Shown: positions 23,277-32,000, counted from the stretch's first letter. The stretch is 32,000 nucleotides of DNA from an uncultured Chloroflexia bacterium (GCA_963718915.1 CAVRAI010000004.1:180001-212000); one strand, 5' to 3'. The notes: generated by a model not told the origin, from the letters alone. Made by a program: numbers and translations.

Positions 23277-23884
23277 TGTGGGCCTCCTGTCTTCGGGCCG
23301 CGATGGTCTGGCGCCTCGTACTGGGCATGGAGCGCGCGGAAACGTTCTTTGGCGCGAAAGAGTATCTTGCGGACGTTGGCTTCGGAGAGGCCGAGTTGGG
23401 TGGCGATTTCGCGCACCTCGAATCCAGCGGTGGCCTGAAGTAGCAGGACCGAGCGCCAGCGTGGCGGAAGTTCGGCGAGCGTTTTCCAGACTGCGTCGCG
23501 CTCGGCCACGTCAGCTGCGACATCCTGAGCGGAGAACTCTGCCAATTCGGGGCGCTTCCACCGGTCTGAGCTACTCGCGCCTGGCGATGGCGCCGCCGCA
23601 GTGAGTGGCAGCCAGGTGAAGCGCTTGCGCCGTTGCAACGCCGTCAGGCCGGTGTTGGTGGCGATGCGATAGAGCCAGGCGCGTGGGTTCGCGATAGTGG
23701 TTGGGGAGTCAGCCACCGTGTAGGCGTTCAAGAATGTTTCCTGAACGAGGTCGGCGGCCCATTCGCGGTCACGGGTCATGCCGTAGAGGTAGTCGAGCAG
23801 TGGCAGCCGGTACTGAGAGAACCACTGCTCGAACTGTGCGTGGCGAGCGGAGGCCGACGCCAGGCCAGGCGTGGAGCCAGACAT
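23273..23884 (-). CDS. ECF-type sigma-70 family RNA polymerase sigma factor
   Basis: Region 2 reads DLVQETFLNAY and region 4 contains the HTH EVREIATQLGLSEANVRKILFRAKERF. The start is chosen at ATG 23884 (MSGSTPG...). The ATG at 23902 and the track start at 24049 are alternatives. Confidence 0.85.
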   Translation of the reverse strand: MSGSTPGLASASARHAQFEQWFSQYRLPLLDYLYGMTRDREWAADLVQETFLNAYTVADSPTTIANPRAWLYRIATNTGLTALQRRKRFTWLPLTAAAPSPGASSSDRWKRPELAEFSAQDVAADVAERDAVWKTLAELPPRWRSVLLLQATAGFEVREIATQLGLSEANVRKILFRAKERFRALHAQYEAPDHRGPKTGGPQ

Positions 23885-24160
23885 CTCACCGCCCTGACCC
23901 ATAGCCAGCAAAGGCGCGAGTGGCGCGCGCCATCTCGCCAGCGGATGGCGTATCGATGTGAAGCGCGCGCGCAGCCAGTCTCCGCGGCCTACCAGCAGCC
24001 GAACCTGCGACATACGCCCTCCGCTCCAGCAGTACGCTGCGGCCCTCACGAATGTGCCGTCTGCCAGTTATGACTATCGAACGGCGCAAAAGAGGACAGT
24101 CGGAGGTGTGACGTGGCTCACACTTCAGGAGTAACACCACATGATGCAGGGTCAGGGAGG

Positions 24161-24910
24161 CTAACTGTTGCCGTGGCCGCCTGTGCCAGACACATCGGAC
24201 GCGCCCTGCTGCGCCTGGACGCGCGCCAGCAACGCATCACGCGCCTCCCAGAGCGGCGGGAAGAGCAGGTCGCCCAGCGTGCGCGCCAGCATCTCCATCG
24301 GCGTTCCACCAGTGCCGGTGGCCTGGAGGCCGAGGTTGCGCTGCGCCAGCTTGAGGTGGGCTGCGCGGAAAACGTGGAATATCTCGTCGAAGTCGGTCAA
24401 TTGCTCGGCGCAGTCGTAGAGGGCGGGGTGTGTCTGTGGAGTGGCATAGATGTCTACCAGCGTGGTCGCCTCGCGGCCCAGCGCTCCCTCGAAGGCGTCC
24501 CACAGGTCGGGGGCGGCGCGAAGAATCGCGCGGAAGCCGGGGGAATCAGCGCCGCTGCCATCGCCCAGGCCAGCGCGAATCACTAGGAAGTCGGCAGGCG
24601 AGACAAATTCAAGTTGGCGTAGCGCCTGCGTGACAACGCCCTGCGCCGAGACTGCCCGTCGTAGCGCCCGCGCCGCCTCGCCGTAGCCGCCGCTCCCTAA
24701 CAGATCTGTGGCCAGGCGCAGCTGTTGCGCCGTCATCTTCCACCATAGCTCGAACGTTTGATGCACGATCTGGAAGGTCAACTCATCGGGATGAAGTCGC
24801 TCGTCCGCGGACTTCTGCAGGCCAAGCAATTCATCGGTGCGCAGGTAGCGCTCGTACGTCGTTTCTCTGCGCTGCCGGGATGTATGCGGAGTCTGGGTTG
24901 TGCTGCTCAT
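24161..24910 (-). CDS. kynA: Tryptophan 2,3-dioxygenase family protein
   Basis: 249 aa with YERYLRTDELLGLQ and the distal-His helix FQIVHQTFELWWK. The proximal-His region reads FRAAHLKLAQRNLG...TGTGGT. The RBS GGAGG lies 10 nt upstream. Confidence 0.8.
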   Translation of the reverse strand: MSSTTQTPHTSRQRRETTYERYLRTDELLGLQKSADERLHPDELTFQIVHQTFELWWKMTAQQLRLATDLLGSGGYGEAARALRRAVSAQGVVTQALRQLEFVSPADFLVIRAGLGDGSGADSPGFRAILRAAPDLWDAFEGALGREATTLVDIYATPQTHPALYDCAEQLTDFDEIFHVFRAAHLKLAQRNLGLQATGTGGTPMEMLARTLGDLLFPPLWEARDALLARVQAQQGASDVSGTGGHGNS

Positions 24911-25020
24911 GCGGGAATCGCCTCCATCGCCATTGATGCGGGTCTCTTCGAGATGCTCACCGGATATGGCCTCTCAAAGGAAGTGTAACACAGGGGATAT
25001 GGCGGGGGGTGTGGAAAGCG

Positions 25021-25053
25021 CAAAAAATAACGCGGCAGCTTTGGGCTACCGCG
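25021..25053 (-). terminator. Rho-independent terminator after yceI
   Basis: On the minus strand: CGCGGTAGC-CCAAA-GCTGCCGCG (9-bp stem with one G.U pair), followed by TTATTTTTTG. It lies 30 nt beyond the stop. Confidence 0.8.
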
Positions 25054-25083
25054 TCGTGCGATGCATTGTGCAAGCGACAGGGA

Positions 25084-25626
25084 TTAGTCGGCGACGGCTA
25101 CCTCAGCCGGGGCGATCACCTGAGCATCAATCGCGATGGTGATCTTATCGCTGACCAGCCAGCCGCCGGATTCGAGGGCGACGTTCCACTCTAGCCCGAA
25201 CTCTTTGCGGCTGAAGGAGGTCGTGGCGGTGAAGCCGTAGCGATCCTTGCCCTGCATATCCTTGACCTTGCCCTCGATGGTGACATCGAGTGTGACGGGC
25301 TTCGTGATCCCGCGAATCGTCAGGTCGCCCGTGACGCGCAGATGATCCGCGCCGAGCGGCTCAACGTTCGTGCTATGGAAAGTGGCGGTTGGATGCTGCT
25401 CGACATCGAAGAAATCGGCGGAGCGGAGGTGGTTGTCGCGGCCCTCGGCGCTGGTTGTCAGGCTGGCGAGGTCAATCGTGACGTCTACGCGGGAGTTCGC
25501 GGGATCTGTCTCGTCGAGGTGGGCGTCGCCGCTGAAGCGGGTGAAGTGGCCTTTGACATTGCTGACCATCATATGCCGGGCGGTAAACTCAATTGATGAA
25601 TGGGCGGTATCAATATCCCATGCCAT
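25084..25626 (-). CDS. YceI-family polyisoprenoid-binding protein
   Basis: The start is chosen at ATG 25626 (MAWDIDTAHSSIEFTARHMMVSNVKGHF...), which is the typical YceI N-terminus. The protein is 180 aa. The track ORF from 25800 would cover the promoter and is rejected. Confidence 0.85.
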   Translation of the reverse strand: MAWDIDTAHSSIEFTARHMMVSNVKGHFTRFSGDAHLDETDPANSRVDVTIDLASLTTSAEGRDNHLRSADFFDVEQHPTATFHSTNVEPLGADHLRVTGDLTIRGITKPVTLDVTIEGKVKDMQGKDRYGFTATTSFSRKEFGLEWNVALESGGWLVSDKITIAIDAQVIAPAEVAVAD

Positions 25627-25771
25627 GGTGTGAAACCCTTTCGTACTCGTTTGTGCTGGCGATGCGCGCCTGCTGTTACGATCTGCTGTGCCAGACCGCA
25701 TATGACTGCTAATGCCTGAAGATCGTGTCTGGCAATCCATTACTACCAATATGGAAGTAACTTCTGAAATG

Positions 25772-25800
25772 ATAGTAACACACCCAGAAAAGATTGTCAA
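25772..25800 (-). promoter_or_regulatory. Sigma70-like promoter for yceI
   Basis: On the minus strand: TTGACA (25795-25800), a 17-nt spacer, then TGtTACTAT (-10 at 25772-25777 with extended TG). It lies in the most AT-rich stretch of the window. Confidence 0.7.
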
Positions 25801-25862
25801 GTCCTAAACAGTTTATAGCTAAAGATTCATGGGTTCGCAACATCACCCAGGCATTCTCCTGG

Positions 25863-27056
25863 TTACTTGCGGGTGGATGAGCGGCGTGGGATGCCAGGGA
25901 AATGCGCGACGGCGCGGAAGACTCCGCCTCGTGTGACGACGAGCGTCGCAACACTCAGGATGCCGTAGAGGACCGAGATCGCCACCCGCTGATCGGGGAA
26001 GACAAACTGCACGGCGAAGAGTCCGAAGATCAGGCCCGCCCCCCAGAGTGAGAGGCGCAGGTCCAGCAAGAGTATGACCGCGAAGAGTGACTGCGCAGCG
26101 GTCAGCAGCACCTCCTCGCGTTGGCGGGTATCCAGCGGCATAGGGCTGAGCGCGCCAAGGCTGATGGCGTAGACAAGCGGCAGCATCGCCACCAGCAGCG
26201 TCCACTGGTTGATCTTTGAGGAGACGAGCGCGCCCATCGCGGCGGACGCAGCCCGGCGCCAGGCGAAGATCGAGACGATGACGAACTCAGGCGCCTCAGA
26301 GGCGAGCGGCGCGACCCACTGGACGAGGAAAAACTCGTCGATGTGCAACTGGTGGCCCGTCGCGACCAGTGCCTCGGCAAAGTGCTCCGCGATGAGCAAC
26401 ACCAGCGCGGCCGAATAGAGCGCCAGCCCGCCGGATAACGCACGCCGTCCGCGCGTACCGAGCGCGGCAATCGTCTGCGCGGGGCCGATCAGGTGCGGCT
26501 CCTCGGAGGGCAGCTTCGCCAGCCGCCAGAGGTAGACGAGGAACAGGGAGACGAGCACGACGAAATCAATCCATGAGAGCGTGCCCTTCACGGGGATGAT
26601 GAAGGCGTAGACGGTGGCCGCCAGCAGCACGGCCAGCTCCAGCCCGTGCGACGGCTGAAGCTCGACGGCGGTGCGCCTGGTGCGGATGTAGTAGAGCAAT
26701 ACCACGAGTGGCCACGCAACGCCGATGAGGATGCGATTGGCGCCAGTCATGTTTGCCACGGCGAGGCTCGCCTGCGTCGGATCCTGGGCGGCCTTCCACG
26801 CGAAGGTGGCGTCCACGATATATTCGGGCAAGATCGCGATGAGCGCGAGCATCGCCAGCGCAAGGCCCTGCGAGACATCAAGCTGGAAGACCTCGGCGGC
26901 CCACGACAGCATGAAGGCGGCTCCGACAATCGTCACGCCGTAGATGATCGCTTCGGCGGCGGGCGAGACGTGATAGAGACCAAGCCGCAGCGTCAGCCCA
27001 GGCACGGTCGAGAGCGCGGCAATCGCGACGCCAAGCCATTTGCGCATGTTGACCAT
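25863..27056 (-). CDS. CaCA-superfamily cation exchanger-like membrane protein (sodium/calcium or cation/proton antiporter family)
   Basis: About 397 aa and polytopic. Two-fold internal symmetry shows alpha-repeat-like motifs AILPEYIVDATFAW and SEAPEFVIVSIFAW. The start is chosen at ATG 27056, 5 nt after GGAGAGG; the ATG at 27089 is an alternative. Confidence 0.6.
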   Translation of the reverse strand: MVNMRKWLGVAIAALSTVPGLTLRLGLYHVSPAAEAIIYGVTIVGAAFMLSWAAEVFQLDVSQGLALAMLALIAILPEYIVDATFAWKAAQDPTQASLAVANMTGANRILIGVAWPLVVLLYYIRTRRTAVELQPSHGLELAVLLAATVYAFIIPVKGTLSWIDFVVLVSLFLVYLWRLAKLPSEEPHLIGPAQTIAALGTRGRRALSGGLALYSAALVLLIAEHFAEALVATGHQLHIDEFFLVQWVAPLASEAPEFVIVSIFAWRRAASAAMGALVSSKINQWTLLVAMLPLVYAISLGALSPMPLDTRQREEVLLTAAQSLFAVILLLDLRLSLWGAGLIFGLFAVQFVFPDQRVAISVLYGILSVATLVVTRGGVFRAVAHFPGIPRRSSTRK

Positions 27057-27115
27057 GTTCGCCTCTCCGCCTGGGTTCACTCGTGACACTCTGAGCCGTC
27101 AGTGTACAACAGCGC

Positions 27116-29797
27116 TCAAAGGGTCGAGGCGGGGTCGATGTCAATTGCCCAGCCATGCGGCAAATCCTCATGCGCCAGCGCGTGCAGCAGCGGGCGTAGC
27201 TCCGGCCCGCGGACGATCACCTGCCAGCGATAGGCGCCGCGCAGCCGCTCCAGAAACGCGGGCGCCGGGCCAACGATATCCGACTGGGGCAGCTCCAGTT
27301 CGCGTATCAGGGTTTCCAGGCGACCCGCCAGCGCCGTCGCCTCCACCTGGGCGGCGTAGCGGTCCCGGTGGGTGAAGGTGCATTTCATGAAGCGGCGGAA
27401 GGGTGGATAGCCGTAGCGCTGGCGGGCGGCTACCTCGGCGCTGACGAATCCGGCGTAGTCATGGCGGGCGGCGGACTGGATGCAGAAATGGTCGGTATTG
27501 AACGTTTGGATCAGCGCGCGCCCAGCCTGCGCGCCACGTCCAGCGCGGCCCGCCACCTGTGTCAGTAGTTGGAAAGTGCGCTCGGAAGCGCGAAAATCTG
27601 GTAGGAAGAGCGCGATATCGGCGGAGACAACCCCCACCAGCGTCACCGCCGGGAGATCCAGCCCTTTGGCGATCATCTGCGTGCCCACCAGCACGTCGGC
27701 GCGGCGTTCGGCGAAGGCGCGCAGCAGTTCCTCGTGCGCCTGGCGGGTCTTGGCGGTGTCACGATCCCAGCGCAAGACCCGGGCCGTCGGGAATCGACGC
27801 TTGACGGCGCTTTCGACGCGCTCGGTCCCTAGCCCGAAGAAACGGATGCTGGTGCTGTGGCAGATTGGGCAGACGTGTGGCACGCTCGCCTTGCGCCCGC
27901 AATAGTGGCAGATGAGGGCACGCTCACTGGCGTGCAGCGTCATCGAGATATCGCAGTGGGTACAGCGGACGACGTAGCCACACTCACGGCAGACGATCAT
28001 GCTGGCCATGCCGCGCCGGTTGAGAAAGAGGATCGCCTGTTCGCCTCGTTCGAGCGTTTCGTGCAGCGCCGTCACCAGCGGATTGCTGAGAATGCTGGTG
28101 TTGCCCTCGCGTAGCTCGGCGCGCAGATCGATCAGTGTGACCGGTGGCAGCCCCATCGGCGGCGCGTCCGAATCCCCGGCGGGCGCGCGTTCGTTCAACT
28201 CCACCAGCGTATATTCGCCCGCCTGCGCTCGCCAGTAGGACTCGACTGAGGGCGTGGCGCTGCCCAGCACGACAGTTGCTCCGGCCAGCGCGCCCAGCCG
28301 GATGGCGACATCGCGTGCGTGGTACGTTGGGCGGCGATCCTGCTTGTAGGCGCCTTCGTGCTCCTCATCGATGACAATCAGGCCCAGGCGTTCTATCGGC
28401 GCGAAGAGGGCGGAACGCGAGCCAAGCACGACATCCACCTCGCCCGCATGGATGCGCCGCCACTCATCCAGCCGCTCGGCGTCGCTCAGACCGCTATGCA
28501 GCAGCGCGACCCTGTCGGGGAAACGCCCGGCATAACGCTCCATCGCCTGTGGCGTGAGGGCGATTTCGGGGACGAGCACGATGCCGCGCTCCCCGCGCGC
28601 CAGCGTTTCTGCCAGCGCCTGCAAATATATTTCGGTCTTGCCGCTGCCGGTAATGCCATGGAGCAGAAAGACGTGGCTAGCTTCCGGCGTACGTGGCGCG
28701 GTGATGGCGGCCAGCGCGCGCGCCTGCGCTGGTGTCAGTGGGAGCGGCGCTGTCTGAGCGATTTTGCGCCCGGCCAGCGGATCATGGCGGACTGTTACCT
28801 CGTCAATCTCGATCAGCCCAGCCTTCTGTAGCTCGCGGAGCGCGGTGATGGTGGCACGGGTCAGCCGTTGCAGATCTTCCAGCCGCCAGGGCGTTTCCAG
28901 GCCGGGCTGTGCGATGACTTCGAGAATAGCAAGCTGGCGCAACAGCCGTTCGCCTTCCCGCTCTTCGCCGCGTGAACGTCTCGCAATCGTTTTTTCGCGC
29001 TGAGTTGGTCGGCCAGTACGTTCATCCAGGGCAGAGCGTGCAGCCTGCCGCCATTCGGCAACTTGCGCCGATGTCCCGGCCAGCCGAACGCGCCGCTCAC
29101 GCCGCTTCTCGCGTTGAGATGGTGGGATTTCCGTCGTCAGCGAGGCATAGCCTGATGCAACCAGCGCTGAGATGGCAGCGCGCGCCCGTTGTCCCCCCAG
29201 CGTCTCGCGTATCTGTGTCCGGTCGAGTCGCCCGCGCTCGTGAAGCAGCCCCAGCATCATGGCGGCGTCTGACGTCAGGTTCGGTGAGCCATTGGGCGAT
29301 GGTTCGGTGGGCAGCAACACCTCACGCAGGCTGCTCAACAGTCCCGGCGGCAACATCAGGCGCGCGGCGTTGGCCAGTGGCGTGGCGTAGTAGTCGGCGA
29401 TCCACTCGGCCAGCGCGTGGAGCCCCTCCGAGAGAACGGGTTCGGGCAACAGCAGGCGAATGATTGTGCGCAGATGCGCGTGATCCTGCCTGGGCGATTC
29501 CATGTCAGAGCCAGCCAGTTCATCGCTGGCGTCGAGCGCCCAGACGATCCCCGCGGTGGTACGTTCGCCAAACGGGATGGCGACTAGGTGGCCAACGGCG
29601 ATGGTGGATGTCAGCGGGTCAGGAACGTGATAACTGTAGAGGCGTTCGGCTGCGAGTTGCCCTCGCACCGTTTGTGGCGCCAGAATCTCCGCCCGCATGC
29701 GCGCCGCACTCCCTCCCGCGTCACCCTGAAACTCAGCATCTCGCGTTATTATCTCACGCTGTTGTGCTATCGCGCGGGCGCGTTCAGTCGGCGACAA
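27116..29797 (-). CDS. priA: Primosomal protein N' (replication restart helicase PriA)
   Basis: Walker A reads LLHGITGSGKTEIYL and the helicase box reads IVIDEEHE. The Cys-rich zinc region is CRECGYVVRCTHCDISMTLH...CHYCGRKASVPHVCPICHS. The product is 893 aa if it starts at 29797; the ATG at 29698 (MRAEILAP...) is a plausible alternative. Confidence 0.93.
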   Translation of the reverse strand: MSPTERARAIAQQREIITRDAEFQGDAGGSAARMRAEILAPQTVRGQLAAERLYSYHVPDPLTSTIAVGHLVAIPFGERTTAGIVWALDASDELAGSDMESPRQDHAHLRTIIRLLLPEPVLSEGLHALAEWIADYYATPLANAARLMLPPGLLSSLREVLLPTEPSPNGSPNLTSDAAMMLGLLHERGRLDRTQIRETLGGQRARAAISALVASGYASLTTEIPPSQREKRRERRVRLAGTSAQVAEWRQAARSALDERTGRPTQREKTIARRSRGEEREGERLLRQLAILEVIAQPGLETPWRLEDLQRLTRATITALRELQKAGLIEIDEVTVRHDPLAGRKIAQTAPLPLTPAQARALAAITAPRTPEASHVFLLHGITGSGKTEIYLQALAETLARGERGIVLVPEIALTPQAMERYAGRFPDRVALLHSGLSDAERLDEWRRIHAGEVDVVLGSRSALFAPIERLGLIVIDEEHEGAYKQDRRPTYHARDVAIRLGALAGATVVLGSATPSVESYWRAQAGEYTLVELNERAPAGDSDAPPMGLPPVTLIDLRAELREGNTSILSNPLVTALHETLERGEQAILFLNRRGMASMIVCRECGYVVRCTHCDISMTLHASERALICHYCGRKASVPHVCPICHSTSIRFFGLGTERVESAVKRRFPTARVLRWDRDTAKTRQAHEELLRAFAERRADVLVGTQMIAKGLDLPAVTLVGVVSADIALFLPDFRASERTFQLLTQVAGRAGRGAQAGRALIQTFNTDHFCIQSAARHDYAGFVSAEVAARQRYGYPPFRRFMKCTFTHRDRYAAQVEATALAGRLETLIRELELPQSDIVGPAPAFLERLRGAYRWQVIVRGPELRPLLHALAHEDLPHGWAIDIDPASTL

Positions 29798-30788
29798 GGT
29801 CTACGGGATCGTCCGCTGGCAGTATGTATGCCGCGGGTTTCGTGGACGGCTCGGCAGGTTGTGGCGCGTGCCTTGTACGCAGTCTGGCAAGTATCGAGCG
29901 CGGACTGGCGGCCCTGATCGGGAAGAGAATCGCCGGGTGCGCGTACGCCAGTGTATCGGTGATCGAGCGCGGCGCTGCCCGGTAGCCCGCCCGCCAGGAT
30001 GATAGCTCCGCACCGCAGATGACGAAGAGCGAGTATGCGTAGAAGAAGATGAGGACGACGAAGACGAATCCCGCCACTGTGCCGAAATGTTGCGGTTGCA
30101 GCACCTCGCGGGTGTAGACCGGGAAGATGAGGATATAACCCTGCGCCAACACAGCGCCGAGCAGCGCGCCCAGCCACGTATGGCGCATCGAGACGCCGCC
30201 AGGGGTGACGACACTGTAGAGTGTGAGCAAGAGCAGGAAGTTCAGCGCGAGGCTGGTAAACAGCGCAATGGCCGAAATCAGCGGTTCGTCTGCCAGACGC
30301 GAATGTGGGATTGGCGTAAGGCCAATGCCGACATTGACGACCGGCGTAAAGGTTGCTGAGAGGATCATTGTGGGCAATGCCGCCGCGAAGAGCAGCAACA
30401 TCAGGAGGGCGACGCGATTCTGGTCGAGAAAGCGGCGCTGCTGGCGGCGGAAGATGACACAGAGACAGGTCTCGATGACGACGAAGAAGCGGGTACCATA
30501 CCAGAGTGTTATCGGCAGTCCGAGCAGGACGAGGATAAACGGCGCGTGTTCGATGGTATCGGCAAATGAGGAGACCGCCGCGGCTGTCACACGGTCTGGC
30601 AGCAAACGCACGATGGCGGTTACGGCCTGCTGCTCGGTATGGTCACTGGTGATTCGCAGAAAGATGCTGATCAGCACCAGTTCGAGGCCGAGAACGGAGA
30701 ATAGCCCCATGATGCAGGTGTATGCCAGCAACCGCGCCAGGTTCCAGCCCCAGTCCCGGTCGAATTTCTGCCAGATCGCTATGAGCAC
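29784..30788 (-). CDS. YihY/BrkB (ribonuclease BN-like) family membrane protein
   Basis: 334 aa with six hydrophobic helices. Family-typical segments are NLARLLAYTCIMGLFSVL and FFYAYSLFVICGAELS. There is a 14-bp overlap with the long form of priA. Confidence 0.7.
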   Translation of the reverse strand: MLIAIWQKFDRDWGWNLARLLAYTCIMGLFSVLGLELVLISIFLRITSDHTEQQAVTAIVRLLPDRVTAAAVSSFADTIEHAPFILVLLGLPITLWYGTRFFVVIETCLCVIFRRQQRRFLDQNRVALLMLLLFAAALPTMILSATFTPVVNVGIGLTPIPHSRLADEPLISAIALFTSLALNFLLLLTLYSVVTPGGVSMRHTWLGALLGAVLAQGYILIFPVYTREVLQPQHFGTVAGFVFVVLIFFYAYSLFVICGAELSSWRAGYRAAPRSITDTLAYAHPAILFPIRAASPRSILARLRTRHAPQPAEPSTKPAAYILPADDPVDLVAD

Positions 30789-30978
30789 AGCGGTACCGAG
30801 CCTTTCGCCGCTGAGATGCTCTCAATCGGGGCGAATCCGTCATGTGAGTACTCATCGCGTTTCCCAGAGCATATGCCTCAACGTATTTTCTGTCGAGAGT
30901 TCGTCGCGTTTCTGTGAAAACTCTCAGAATGTCCCAAGGTACTGGGTAGCGAATGGGCGGTAAAATCGGAGCAAGCGC

Positions 30979-32000
30979 ATGAGGATAATTCCACTGCCAG
31001 CGGAGGCAGAGGCGCTCCTGCCGCAGTTAGGTGTGGAGACCGCTGATGTCACGCGCGTCGAGGCGATGGCGGGCGGCCTCTCCGGCGGGCGAATTTTCCG
31101 GCTCTGGCTGCGGCATCCTGATGGCGACCACGAGCAGACACGTGTGCTGAAATATGCCGAGCCGCTGGAAGGCTGGCTGGGTGACGTATCGGGCGATACG
31201 CTGATTCGTGAGGCGCAGCTTGCCGCCTCAGGGCTGTTGGCCGACCTGCCGCACACTATCGCCACGCCGACGCTCTCCGTCGCGTTTCGCGGGCCGCGGG
31301 AGCATCCTGAAGGCGCGGCGCTGCTGATGCGCGACGAACAGCGCAATCTGCTGCATGATCCCTATTGGACGCCACCGGGGAGGATTCCATCTGCTGCCGT
31401 GGCAATGGTTGACCGACTGGCGCGGATGCACGCGCGCTTCTGGAAAAATCCCCACCTGGATGATCCCGCGCTGGGGCTAATGTCGCCGGAGCAAGCGCTG
31501 CTGGTGACGGGGCCACTGGGTGTGGCGGCGCGGTTGGCCGCTGGCGATACGCTGCCTTACCTGTCGGTCTCCGCCGAGAGCTGGCAGCTATTCTTTGAAT
31601 TGGCGGGCGTGGCTGCAACCGAGCGCTTTCAGGCGATCATGAACGAGCCGGAGCGGATCACGCGCGCTATTAGCAGGCTGCCACGGACGCTGGTACACGG
31701 TGATGTTTGGGGACCAAATCTTGGCTGGCTTCCTGCGAACCATAGTGTTCGGAGAAGGCTTCTGCTACTCGATTGGGCGCTTGCGCTGGCTGGCCCCGCA
31801 ACCTACGATCCGCTCTGGCTGTGCAGCACATGGCTGACAGTTGACCCGACGCGCGTGCTAGCGGTCTATCGTTCCAGGCTGGTTCGCGCGCTACAGATGC
31901 ACGGACAATCGCTCGATGACGCGATCTGGCTGGCTCTCGCCGACGCGGGCTATCTGCGGACGGCGCTGACCTGTGGCGAGGCGATGGCGCGCACGGCGAT
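30979..32000 (+). CDS. Aminoglycoside/choline-kinase-like phosphotransferase family protein (3' partial)
   Basis: An ORF read by hand from ATG 30979 (GGAG lies 8 nt upstream) stays open to the window end. It is absent from the supplied track because no stop is reached. It carries the Brenner motif LVHGDVWGPN and a downstream LLLDWA (metal-binding Asp). Confidence 0.75.
   Translation, partial: MRIIPLPAEAEALLPQLGVETADVTRVEAMAGGLSGGRIFRLWLRHPDGDHEQTRVLKYAEPLEGWLGDVSGDTLIREAQLAASGLLADLPHTIATPTLSVAFRGPREHPEGAALLMRDEQRNLLHDPYWTPPGRIPSAAVAMVDRLARMHARFWKNPHLDDPALGLMSPEQALLVTGPLGVAARLAAGDTLPYLSVSAESWQLFFELAGVAATERFQAIMNEPERITRAISRLPRTLVHGDVWGPNLGWLPANHSVRRRLLLLDWALALAGPATYDPLWLCSTWLTVDPTRVLAVYRSRLVRALQMHGQSLDDAIWLALADAGYLRTALTCGEAMARTA

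Noticed and set aside
30960-30965. TAAAAT as the -10 element of the kinase-like gene
   Set aside because: It lies only 13 nt upstream of the ATG, so a transcript starting after it would lose the GGAG ribosome-binding site. It is probably fortuitous.

Overview
High-GC bacterial chromosomal segment, densely coded, with GGAGG-type ribosome-binding sites. No phage genes, transposases, integrases or CRISPR arrays are recognisable. Gene content hints at Chloroflexota or Actinomycetota (Pro/Tyr-rich DUF4190 membrane proteins, an EF-G2/FusA2-type GTPase, a CxxC-x17-CxxC zinc-ribbon protein, a CCCCTCTCC/GGAGAGGGG hairpin), but that is only an inference. I support 30 protein-coding genes and two tandem tRNA-Ser genes. 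Confident housekeeping calls are a PiT phosphate transporter, a GabT-like aminotransferase, serine hydroxymethyltransferase (glyA), ribosomal protein L31 (rpmE), PriA, a tryptophan 2,3-dioxygenase-like protein, YceI, a YihY/BrkB protein, and an ECF sigma / anti-sigma pair. The window also holds several lipoproteins (cupredoxin, SGNH hydrolase, PQQ-like beta-propeller). A 3'-partial kinase-like ORF at 30979-32000 is missing from the supplied ORF track. I can also read several sigma70-like promoters and three clear rho-independent terminators. I see no obvious defence island or mobile element, and the region looks mostly core. The most interesting material is as follows. (1) A divergent cluster at 12983-16970 with two DUF4190 paralogues, a small double zinc-ribbon protein and a membrane-anchored S1 protease whose cytoplasmic tail carries a PYPQQ repeat and a zinc ribbon. 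(2) An EF-G paralogue in which Phe replaces the catalytic His. (3) A 5' leader of yceI with a swapped-half complementary arrangement. (4) A pair of inverted hairpin modules in the 392-bp convergent spacer at 9013-9404. (5) A membrane protein with an internally duplicated PH-like module next to a flavin monooxygenase / epoxide-hydrolase-like pair. All functional calls come from motifs read by eye. No searches or folding computations were run.
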